A DNA stretch of 41,304 bases, taken from Bdellovibrionales bacterium (GTDB taxonomy: Bacteria; Bdellovibrionota; Bdellovibrionia; Bdellovibrionales; UBA840). Position 1 is the stretch's first letter; each line of letters begins with the position of its first letter. The stretch lies in contig JBBKWS010000069.1 in assembly GCA_037969075.1 (NCBI GenBank), positions 1-41,304 on the forward strand, in the 5' to 3' direction. Position numbers and translations under genes: made by a program. Below, piece after piece: positions 19,941 to 28,851 of the stretch. Under the pieces are notes generated by a model that saw nothing but the letters and a program-made list of their open reading frames with translations, was not told the origin of the DNA and made no database searches.

Positions 19941-21543
19941 ATGGACCAATTTTGCAACGAACCGCTGGCTTATAACCTAGATACTTTTTTAAGATTTTTC
20001 CTAGCAATAACTCACAGTCACTTACATCCCTTTGACGACTACGAAGCTCTTTTGCAAAATCACTAACTATTAGTTTTTCAGACTCTGCGTCACAATCAAA
20101 TCCTAAAAAATGCAACTGCGGAAGGTCATATAATTTACCCCCTTCATAAAATAAAAACCCAAACACAGCCCCATCGCGCGCCATTTTCTTTCTCTCTTTT
20201 AATGATCTGTCATCCATTAGCCCAACCGTTTGCCCTCGGGCCCACCTTTTAACTGCGGCTACTGACTCGTCTGTACGATGTAGTTTTTTATTATCTAAGA
20301 CTGCTACCTGCCCATCAATTAGAATTTCTGTATGAATGTCTGGCTTAGCGGCACGCGCAGTATCTGCATGGGTTCTTAACATCTCAAAATCTCCGTGCAC
20401 CGGTAAAAACTGTGTAGGTTTAAAAAATTCAATGATTTGCCTTTGCTCATCTTGGTAGGCGTGACCTGATGTGTGAATCTCGTCATCACTCTGATGATAC
20501 ATTTTACAGCCAATGGTAGCTATGGAGTTAATTAAATACCTAATATTAATTTCGTTTCCAGGGATCTTGAGAGCGCTTAGTATAAATGTATCGTTAGCTT
20601 TCATTTTAACAAATGAATTCTCATTTCTTAGAATCTTGGCAATCCCAGCAGAATATTCACCTTGCGAACCTGTGCATAAAAATACATTATTATTTGAGCT
20701 CAAATCAATTTTATTTTCGTCAGTAATTAAATCCACACCCTCTACTCGCAAATAACCTAATCTGCGGTTGATATCAAAAAATTTCAACATCGAAGCGCCA
20801 ACCAATACGACAGACTTATTCAAGGACTTTGCAACATCAAATACAATTTGCATCCTCGGAGAATGGCTCGAAAAACTACAAACAAACACATTACCTATAG
20901 ATGTTCCTATCTTTTGATGAAAACTATCGTATAGCGTAGCTTCTGACTTACTCTTACCCTTTTTTTCAGAGTTTGTAGAGTCTGATAGTAATAGGTCCAC
21001 TTTTAAGTTTTTTATTAAATCCCATTTAATTTCCCATTTTACATAGGGATCAGGATCAATTTTAAAATCTCCTGTGTGCAAAATATTTCCAGCCGGAGTT
21101 TTAATGTAAATTAAGTGAGACTCAACAATAGAGTGTGTTATAGGGAAATAAGAAAATTCGAAATCATTTTCTTTGTATACAGTATTTACATCTATAAACT
21201 CAAACGAGGCTTTGCTCTTTTGCAGTTTATTTAATTTAAACTTTAATATTTCATACGTATATGTACTGCAATAAATTCTTGGTATATCAATTTCATTCAA
21301 TAGATGTGAGATCGCACCAATATGGTCTTCGTGCCCGTGTGTTACAACAAGCGCCCTAATTTTATTTTTTATTGTTTTTAAATAAGTAAAATCCGGAATA
21401 ATACAATCAAACCCCAACCATGGGTGGTGAGAAGCCATTGTTCCGCAATCCAATATTATGGCATGATCATCGGTTTCAAAAACCATGCAGTTCATCCCAA
21501 CTTCGCCTAATCCACCCAATGGAATTATTTTTACCTTAGACAT
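19939..21543 (-). CDS. rnj: Ribonuclease J (beta-CASP metallo-beta-lactamase)
   Basis: PLGGLGEVGMN, THGHEDHIGA, HTGDFKID, SDSTN, TGSQGE, HTSGHA, PVHG. Confidence 0.94.
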   Translation of the reverse strand: MSKVKIIPLGGLGEVGMNCMVFETDDHAIILDCGTMASHHPWLGFDCIIPDFTYLKTIKNKIRALVVTHGHEDHIGAISHLLNEIDIPRIYCSTYTYEILKFKLNKLQKSKASFEFIDVNTVYKENDFEFSYFPITHSIVESHLIYIKTPAGNILHTGDFKIDPDPYVKWEIKWDLIKNLKVDLLLSDSTNSEKKGKSKSEATLYDSFHQKIGTSIGNVFVCSFSSHSPRMQIVFDVAKSLNKSVVLVGASMLKFFDINRRLGYLRVEGVDLITDENKIDLSSNNNVFLCTGSQGEYSAGIAKILRNENSFVKMKANDTFILSALKIPGNEINIRYLINSIATIGCKMYHQSDDEIHTSGHAYQDEQRQIIEFFKPTQFLPVHGDFEMLRTHADTARAAKPDIHTEILIDGQVAVLDNKKLHRTDESVAAVKRWARGQTVGLMDDRSLKERKKMARDGAVFGFLFYEGGKLYDLPQLHFLGFDCDAESEKLIVSDFAKELRSRQRDVSDCELLLGKILKKYLGYKPAVRCKIGP

Positions 21544-22695
21544 TTAAAATGCAAACTTAGAGCCCACAAAAACCTGTAGAGCCTGATATGACGATGCCGG
21601 ATCAAGTACGGTAGTAGATGTTTGGTTTATAATATCAGAAACTAAGAAATCTCCTACGATCCCAGCTTGAATAATCCAATTTGGCTTATAGCTAATATCT
21701 GTACGCAATGTTCCCGTAAGTTTTTGATCTTCACGGCGATTCGGGCGAGAATATGATGTGTAAATATAATCAGATCTAAAAGAAACAACAAATCTATCAC
21801 CAAAAACTCGGGAGTAACCCAAATACATATGCTGATTTAATTCATAATTAGTATAAAAAGAATCAAATGTTTTATATATGTATCCTGCCATTAAAATATC
21901 TTGCGGCGTAATTTGCTCCTGAAACTTTACCTCAAAAACAGGCTCGTTAAATGAAGTTCCCTTTTCATAGGAACGCATGGCATAGCCAAAGAAAAGATCT
22001 ACTTCAGTATACTCAGTCAATCTACCGCGTATCCCAAACTTAGCCCGGTACAAAGTATTATCGTATAAGAATCTAGTGGTGCCCGGATCTGCGTTTAAAA
22101 ATTTAAGTCCGCTAGCATAGGTTGATTGTTCTGCATCAACAATAAAAAGAAAAGCAGTTTCAGGTAGAAAAAAGTATTTATATTCATAAGTTCCACCCAA
22201 CTTAATATTATCACCATACTCCAATGCATCTAAATTAAAACTTGTTTGCCTATCATATATCGTAAGACTATGTTCTCTTATTTTTGATTTCTTATAAGTA
22301 ATACGAAAAGAACCCTCTAACTCTGTTCTTTCTAATCTATCAATGCCTTGATCATCTGGTGGCTCAGAAGAAAAATTATAACCCGCCCCGGCCATAAACA
22401 ACCACTTACCTTTGGTGTTTATTGTTGAATTTACATCTGCCGCATAATCAAAATAATCTAAACTAGAGTTACTAGTGTACTTTGAATAATCTGATTTAAA
22501 ATGCGCATTCGAAAGAGTTGATTTAGTTTCTTTAGCCAGCAATAGCGCTGGTTTTACATATAATGCAAAATCCGCCACTTTATCACGATCACGATAAAAG
22601 GCATTGGACTCCGCACGTAAACCGCCCTCTAATTGGGCCTGGGTTACTGCAAACACTGGTTGTAAAATCAAAGCTGCCAAAATACTCAGTATCAT
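21544..22695 (-). CDS. Outer-membrane beta-barrel protein, resembling Wzp-type polysaccharide-secretion porins
   Basis: Signal peptide; many Tyr/Phe-rich amphipathic strands (YEYKYFFLPETAF, GIRGRLT..T...GY); C-terminal Phe (VGSKFAF). Confidence 0.8.
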   Translation of the reverse strand: MILSILAALILQPVFAVTQAQLEGGLRAESNAFYRDRDKVADFALYVKPALLLAKETKSTLSNAHFKSDYSKYTSNSSLDYFDYAADVNSTINTKGKWLFMAGAGYNFSSEPPDDQGIDRLERTELEGSFRITYKKSKIREHSLTIYDRQTSFNLDALEYGDNIKLGGTYEYKYFFLPETAFLFIVDAEQSTYASGLKFLNADPGTTRFLYDNTLYRAKFGIRGRLTEYTEVDLFFGYAMRSYEKGTSFNEPVFEVKFQEQITPQDILMAGYIYKTFDSFYTNYELNQHMYLGYSRVFGDRFVVSFRSDYIYTSYSRPNRREDQKLTGTLRTDISYKPNWIIQAGIVGDFLVSDIINQTSTTVLDPASSYQALQVFVGSKFAF

Positions 22696-23207
22696 CTATA
22701 TGTGGTCCTATTTGGGGTAAACTTATCCCCTACCTTATACTCTTCTAGTTTTTCTCGTAATAAGTCTGACTCTATCCTATTAAACTCTAAATCTACTATA
22801 TAATCAGTTTCAACCTTTTTACTACGCAAACAATCGTTTAAAATACTATGTTGCAGACGAATACCTTTACGATATTTTTGCACAGCCACAAATACTCGCA
22901 TCAAATTTTGATCATCAGGTTTGAAATTAGGCACATTCAACTCTTTACAAGTAGTTGCATATATAAAATGCGCACTAGTAACTTGCGTTAAGTTATCTCT
23001 ATAACACCCAAGAGCTATTTCGTTATTATCAGACTGTGACTTTTTTAGTTTCTCCTCTAATTTCTTTACTATATTAGATTCAATGGTAGCTATGTAAGTA
23101 CACTGCTTAGAAAATGATTCTACCACTTCGGTAGTGATTATTCTCTCTTGCCCACTTAGAGTGCCCTGAGCCATCGTAATAAAAGCAAATAGCACCAGAT
23201 TAATCAT
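22692..23207 (-). CDS. Exported helical hypothetical protein with Cys residues
   Basis: Signal peptide from ATG 23207, which overlaps the upstream stop (ORF-track start is 23231); LGCYRDNLTQV and LNDCLR segments. Confidence 0.7.
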   Translation of the reverse strand: MINLVLFAFITMAQGTLSGQERIITTEVVESFSKQCTYIATIESNIVKKLEEKLKKSQSDNNEIALGCYRDNLTQVTSAHFIYATTCKELNVPNFKPDDQNLMRVFVAVQKYRKGIRLQHSILNDCLRSKKVETDYIVDLEFNRIESDLLREKLEEYKVGDKFTPNRTTYR

Positions 23208-23403
23208 CGTTGACCGAAAATCTTTCATCATTCAGAATAGTACTTTTTTGTTTATCAAAAAGTGGAATAATTGGCTCTCCCACATCTGATTCAACCTTCG
23301 CTTTCTTAATTAAAAATAAAGATTTAGGTGATTTATTATAAGACAGAGCTTTAGTTTCATCCGCCGAAAACCCTAAGGTTAAAAATAGTAGAACTGTCAT
23401 CAT
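23200..23403 (-). CDS. Small exported protein, GltF/CglF-like by position and weak motif
   Basis: 67 aa with a signal peptide; ATGA-coupled to the upstream TPR gene; KSPKSLFLIKK. Confidence 0.55.
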   Translation of the reverse strand: MMTVLLFLTLGFSADETKALSYNKSPKSLFLIKKAKVESDVGEPIIPLFDKQKSTILNDERFSVNDD

Positions 23404-26400
23404 TTCTCAACCTCGCTAGCAATATTGCGCTGGATTTTATCTAGAGACTTTGAAAAATAGGTACTCTTAAGTGTATCTATTTTTTTATTAGTAGTAGCAG
23501 AATACATATAACTTAATCCTTCAAAATCATCGGTCGTTGCCTGCACGTTAGCATCACTCCCCGTAAGCCAAGACTTGGCCAACGCAAGGTAAGTCGTCAT
23601 AGCTGCAACGGGTATTTTTACATCCACTCCTGTTACAAGATTCTCTGCCAAAGAGTCTATACTAAGTAACCCTGATTTATTATAGGTAACCCCATTTAAA
23701 ACAGTATCTGCGATACTTGCAAAGCTAGAGTTAGTATTAAGTAGGGCCTTTTTAACTACTACAGAGGCCGCCGTGTAGTCCCGTATAAGTAAGAGTGATT
23801 GTAACAAGCCATAATAGTAAATCGTCTCATTTGGATTTTGCTTAATTGCATTCGATAACAATTTAATGGCTTCCCTTGTATTACCGTTTTCTACACTGAG
23901 TTTGGCTCGAGCGGCCGTGATCATCGCGTTATCATCTGATTCAAACTGATTCCCAGCCTCTGAAAAGCCCAAAATATATGACATTGCGCTATACGCCTCT
24001 GAATCCATATATTCAGTCAAATCACCAAAAGCTTCCTGTGCCTTAATTTTATTCTGAGTAAATAAATAAAATCTAAGTAGGTTTATCCCACTATCAAATG
24101 TTTTTCTTTGGCTATTTAAAATCAACTTATTCTCTAGTTCAGTATATTTTTCTTCCTGAAGTAATATCTGCAGCTCACCAGTAGTAGCGGGCAACCCCTG
24201 CCACTCCAACCACTCATACATGGCAATATCCCATGGAAGAACTATATCCTTAGTCTTAATGCCCCAACTATTTAACATATCAATTAGTTTATAATTAGAG
24301 GCAACTGAAAACCTAAACTGATTTTGCTGTAGCCACTCTTTAATTTTCGTATTTAAAGCTGTCTTATCGCTAGAAATATTACGCTCCGTAATATCAGAAA
24401 TGACAGCCAGTAGCCATCTGGCATCCGTCGACTGAATCAATGCATCCACTACAACTCCAGCTATACTACCTTTATCTTTTGTTTTGAACCAAGTAACATA
24501 TGAACACTCTGACGTACCACTACATAGCTTTTTAGAGTGATACGCTTCTAAGAATGATCCTCTAATATTTTTATTTGTTGAACTCAGGTATTTTAATCTT
24601 TCATTACTAGGCAATCTAAACATGTGGTCAACTATAGGTATATCGCTATTAATAGCCTTGGCAAGCTGAATGGACGCAAGATTCGCAGCAACTGGGCCCG
24701 CCGTAATTAGCGCTAAATCATATCGAAGCTTATAATATTCTGGATAATCAGATTTAAAGTTTTTCGAGCGAATACTCGTTACTAAATCAGCACAGCCAGA
24801 AAAATCAACTAAATCGTAAAGATTCTTGGCACTCAAAAAATTTCTATAATCACTCAACGACTTTGACTGAACCTCAGAGAGAAGAGCATTTGATGCTACA
24901 AACTTACCCTTACCTCTAAGTAGCTGTGCTTTTAATAAATTGTAGACCTCTTTGTCTACAGCCGCAGTCTTCTGCATGGGAACTTGTTCAAATTTTTCAA
25001 GATCAGAAACTGATAGGTAATAAGAAAGGTCATCATAGGTTACAAGAAATGATTTAGAAACAAATTTTCGTAGATTTAAAATCTTACGCATACTAATATC
25101 TAACTTAGCCTGCTGTAATCTTTCTACCTCTTTAGCCTCGTTACCTTTTTTATCAATAGTGATATGACTATCTAATAAGTTGATAATGGATTTTGTTGAA
25201 TATTCGATTCTATTGTAGGGATATTGCATTAAAATATCGGCCGCTTGCTTATAGGATCTTCTAGCACTAAAGTACTCCGCGACAGGCTTAATTATACTTG
25301 CCGCTCTATCAAGATTCTGCACATTATGTAAGAGTTGAGATGCCAAGAAGGCCATTGTCGAACTTATTTCTTGAGATGTATTTTTAATATTCATGGCATA
25401 ATAAGACGACAATTTAACAAAATAGTAATTATCACTTTGAGACTTCGACATCTCAATAACTGGCATCTCTTCTAATGTTTCATATGCAATCTTATACTTG
25501 GACTGTGTATAGTAAATTTCAGCCAACTCTACTCGTACATCAATCGACTTTGGATCAAATGGATATTTATCTAAAAAAGATTTATACCTGGCAATTGCAA
25601 GATCCCAGCGTTTCTTTGACACTAGATATCTAGCCGAAGAAACTAAGTTTACTTCTATTTCCTCTTCCGCGATAAATCTTTGTTGATAATTATTTCTATT
25701 GGCTAACCACCAATTTTTATTGTCCAATAGCTTAGCAAAGTATTCATTTCTAATCTCTTCTGCTTTATCAAGTAATTTTCTATCATCGTATAGACTGATC
25801 CATCTAGAATACATTTCGGGTAAATATTTAGAGTTAGGATATTTTTCTACGTACTCACTAATGACTTTTTCACTTTCTTTCCAGAGCCCATGTCTCGCGA
25901 AAATTGTTTGAATCTTTTTGGCAGATAACGCCTCTATTTCAGGATCAAGCTTAAGCGCGACGCCCTTTCTCTGTAGCAAACCAATATATTCTAATGTTTC
26001 ATCATAAAGAGTAGATCTTTCAGCGCTAGATGCCGTATCATCTTTTAATCTGTCATATAATCTTACAAACATTTTTGATGACCAAGAAAATAATCCTGTT
26101 TCAAAAAGTGATGCGCCTAATTTATAAAGAGCTTTAAATTCAAATTTAGAGTTCTCTCGCTTGGCAAGAGCCAAATAATTTCTCCTGGCCTCTTTTATAT
26201 TATCGCTTTCAAACTGCAGCTCCGCCAATCTCCACTGTACCTCATCAAAATATTTTGATACGGGATATTTTTTTAAGAAATAAGAATATATGGCTTCTGC
26301 TTTTTTAAACTCTGCTTGCTCTTCATATATGTATGCAATCATATATTCTGCGCTATCTGCAAGCGTACTCTCTGGATACTGACGTAATAACTGCGTCGTA

Positions 26401-26798
26401 TATTCAATACACTTTGCATAATTAGGCATTATAACCGTAGAGTTTACTTTATTTGAACTTTCATTGTATTCAAAGTTGGCTTTTTCAAACTCTAATTGAG
26501 CCAGTCTCATTAAAAGTACATCATCTAATAAAATTCTATCTTTATTTTTACCTTTATATAAATCTACTGTCGACAGAACTTCTTTATTTCCTTTTACCAA
26601 TTCCTTCTCAAGCTTTACTATACGCTTACGATACTCTTCGCTCATTTTTATATTTCTGTATTTTGTAGCTTCTTGTATGTATGCATTAGTACTAAAGTTA
26701 TAATCCTTTATATCATTTAAAAATTGATTTCTAGCAGACTGAAAATCCACGTTATTCGAATAACTAAACATATAGAGCAGCAGACTTATAAAAATCAT
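23400..26798 (-). CDS. Large exported TPR protein, GltD/AgmU-like
   Basis: Signal peptide; repeated L..YP.S...D.....A TPR units; MRLAQLEFE, KALYKLG, LYDETLEY, WWLANRNN. Confidence 0.85.
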   Translation of the reverse strand: MIFISLLLYMFSYSNNVDFQSARNQFLNDIKDYNFSTNAYIQEATKYRNIKMSEEYRKRIVKLEKELVKGNKEVLSTVDLYKGKNKDRILLDDVLLMRLAQLEFEKANFEYNESSNKVNSTVIMPNYAKCIEYTTQLLRQYPESTLADSAEYMIAYIYEEQAEFKKAEAIYSYFLKKYPVSKYFDEVQWRLAELQFESDNIKEARRNYLALAKRENSKFEFKALYKLGASLFETGLFSWSSKMFVRLYDRLKDDTASSAERSTLYDETLEYIGLLQRKGVALKLDPEIEALSAKKIQTIFARHGLWKESEKVISEYVEKYPNSKYLPEMYSRWISLYDDRKLLDKAEEIRNEYFAKLLDNKNWWLANRNNYQQRFIAEEEIEVNLVSSARYLVSKKRWDLAIARYKSFLDKYPFDPKSIDVRVELAEIYYTQSKYKIAYETLEEMPVIEMSKSQSDNYYFVKLSSYYAMNIKNTSQEISSTMAFLASQLLHNVQNLDRAASIIKPVAEYFSARRSYKQAADILMQYPYNRIEYSTKSIINLLDSHITIDKKGNEAKEVERLQQAKLDISMRKILNLRKFVSKSFLVTYDDLSYYLSVSDLEKFEQVPMQKTAAVDKEVYNLLKAQLLRGKGKFVASNALLSEVQSKSLSDYRNFLSAKNLYDLVDFSGCADLVTSIRSKNFKSDYPEYYKLRYDLALITAGPVAANLASIQLAKAINSDIPIVDHMFRLPSNERLKYLSSTNKNIRGSFLEAYHSKKLCSGTSECSYVTWFKTKDKGSIAGVVVDALIQSTDARWLLAVISDITERNISSDKTALNTKIKEWLQQNQFRFSVASNYKLIDMLNSWGIKTKDIVLPWDIAMYEWLEWQGLPATTGELQILLQEEKYTELENKLILNSQRKTFDSGINLLRFYLFTQNKIKAQEAFGDLTEYMDSEAYSAMSYILGFSEAGNQFESDDNAMITAARAKLSVENGNTREAIKLLSNAIKQNPNETIYYYGLLQSLLLIRDYTAASVVVKKALLNTNSSFASIADTVLNGVTYNKSGLLSIDSLAENLVTGVDVKIPVAAMTTYLALAKSWLTGSDANVQATTDDFEGLSYMYSATTNKKIDTLKSTYFSKSLDKIQRNIASEVEK

Positions 26799-28129
26799 AT
26801 CTCTAGTCCCATTTTCTGAGACAGGGAATTCTCTTTTTCTTTGTATATTGTGGTTGCCTCATCAAGACTCTTTAGCCCCTCAGTTCTACTTAAATTCTTA
26901 AGATCAACTTCTCCTATTTTAATTTTTAATCTAAAACCATTCACTATGCGAAGACTTGTATCGTACATCTGAGCTAAGCTCGTCTTTATATTACTTGTGG
27001 ACTTAGATTTCAAAACTCGCATTGCCCGAATCACAATAGTTTTTGGCGTATATACTTTATCTTCAAATCTTTTAATCTCTTTATTCACAGCAATTAGTAT
27101 TCTGATATTATCGTCCAATTCTCGAAGCGATTCATCAGATAGCCATTGCGAAAAATGATACAACATTTTACTGTATACCTTCGACTTTTCTGCCAAATCA
27201 CTATAAGACTCAGCAGACTCAATATCATTTAAGGCCTGTTTAACTTCATCTTTTTTAATAAATTCTTTTACTAGGTACTTTCCAATATCTGCCTCTAGGT
27301 CAGAAAATTTTTCTTTTTTATCGCTGCCGTAAACCACTAAATCAAGATAGGCAGTTAAATATTTCGAGAAATAATATTGTCCAATTGTCGCGTGCTGCCA
27401 CTGATTTTTCTGAGTATCTTTTTTAAATGATGCCTGTATTACTTTAACTGTGTTTCGCACCAACTCTACATCTCTAATTTTAAAGAAAACCCAAGATAGC
27501 TCAGTGAGCGCCTCAAAATAATACCTACTATCTGCGGATACACTTTGGTATGACACAATGGACTCTTTAAATAAATTACCCTTAGCCTGGCAACGAGCTT
27601 TAGTTAAGTAGTACACATCACTTAATTTTTCTGAAACAAAATTTACACGCGCGTTGTCGCCAACCACAGCCAGACATTTCACATGATCTTCATCGCCCAA
27701 ATAAATACTCGCAAGTACCACTTGTGCTTTATAATAGGATTTTGATTTTTTACCAATAGCTGTTAAGAAAGACTTGGCCGTTTTACTATCTCCGACATGA
27801 AATAGCTCTAGCCCGCAACTATAATTTACCTTATCAACAATATTTTTGTTTCTTACCAAGAGATCGCAAACTTCCCTCAATTTTTTTAAGCTACCTAACT
27901 CACGAACACCAGTTATATACTGGCTAACGGCATTTTGATAAAAGTAGTCCTTATGGTTTTCATATAAATAGAGATGTAACTTGTACGATCGGTAAATATC
28001 AGCAGTTGATTGGCTTATTTTTGCATCTGAAACATAGGCATCCAAAAGAGTATTGTCACCCTTTGTATTAGTTTTTGAAAAGCTAGTACTAGTAAATAAT
28101 AAAATTACTACTACATATACCAGATGCAA
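26795..28129 (-). CDS. Exported TPR protein, GltC-like
   Basis: TTG start after AGGAGG; signal peptide; YQSVSADSRYYFEALTELSWVFFK TPR; C-terminal coiled coil. Confidence 0.8.
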   Translation of the reverse strand: MHLVYVVVILLFTSTSFSKTNTKGDNTLLDAYVSDAKISQSTADIYRSYKLHLYLYENHKDYFYQNAVSQYITGVRELGSLKKLREVCDLLVRNKNIVDKVNYSCGLELFHVGDSKTAKSFLTAIGKKSKSYYKAQVVLASIYLGDEDHVKCLAVVGDNARVNFVSEKLSDVYYLTKARCQAKGNLFKESIVSYQSVSADSRYYFEALTELSWVFFKIRDVELVRNTVKVIQASFKKDTQKNQWQHATIGQYYFSKYLTAYLDLVVYGSDKKEKFSDLEADIGKYLVKEFIKKDEVKQALNDIESAESYSDLAEKSKVYSKMLYHFSQWLSDESLRELDDNIRILIAVNKEIKRFEDKVYTPKTIVIRAMRVLKSKSTSNIKTSLAQMYDTSLRIVNGFRLKIKIGEVDLKNLSRTEGLKSLDEATTIYKEKENSLSQKMGLEI

Positions 28130-28155
28130 AGCGACCTCCTGTCTGATGTATCTGG

Positions 28156-28749
28156 CTATCTAACAACCTTCGACAATGCCACTTCTAATCTTGCCTTGTC
28201 TTTGAAATCTGTTAATAGTCCGCCATATTCATATGTTCTAACATTTAATTTATAATCATTATTCTTTTCGAAACTATACGTAGTGTCATCTGCTACCTGT
28301 ATTTTATATTCTGATAAGTATGAAAATATGCCCGAATCATTTCCAACAAAGCTTACTGCTACCTGAACAGTGTGCTTTCCAGGAGATATGGTTGTTGAAA
28401 AATCTTGAATGTCTTCTTGTGATGCGGTCTTGCGCGAACTACTACTTGTGTCCATTTGATAGAAAAATGTTTTTACTCCATCAATAACATATTCAACACT
28501 AAATATTTTATATCTTTCAGTTAAGTCATTACGAAAACCAATAACCAGTTTTGGATAATATCGATTAATGCCTTCAGATTTTATAATTTCATTGAACATT
28601 TGCAGCTGTAACTTGGTATTCAACACACCATCGCGCAGTTTATCTACTTCGTTTGACACATATGTCTTATCACCATTAATGAAGCTATTGGACGATTCAT
28701 TGGCATAGGAAATCGCGAAAGAAATGAATATTAATAATAAGTTACTCAT
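28156..28749 (-). CDS. Exported protein with a short coiled coil and a beta-sandwich domain (hypothetical)
   Basis: Signal peptide; YVIDG, ISPGKH, GIFSYLSEYK, GGLLTDFKDKA. Confidence 0.8.
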   Translation of the reverse strand: MSNLLLIFISFAISYANESSNSFINGDKTYVSNEVDKLRDGVLNTKLQLQMFNEIIKSEGINRYYPKLVIGFRNDLTERYKIFSVEYVIDGVKTFFYQMDTSSSSRKTASQEDIQDFSTTISPGKHTVQVAVSFVGNDSGIFSYLSEYKIQVADDTTYSFEKNNDYKLNVRTYEYGGLLTDFKDKARLEVALSKVVR

Positions 28750-28851
28750 ATCTACATTGTATTTCTATATAGGCATACAAGAGAAGGTAGTTTGTAATAA
28801 TAAACTTTTTTTTTACTTTCTTCTAGGCTGGGAAGTTTTTTCCCATCTAGA

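Noticed and set aside
28822..28851. Hairpin TCTAG-gc-TGGGAA...TTCCCA-t-CTAGA just after the stop of the 989-aa gene
   Set aside because: The stem is real but has no U-tract on the correct side for either strand, so it is not called an intrinsic terminator; it may be a 3' stability hairpin.
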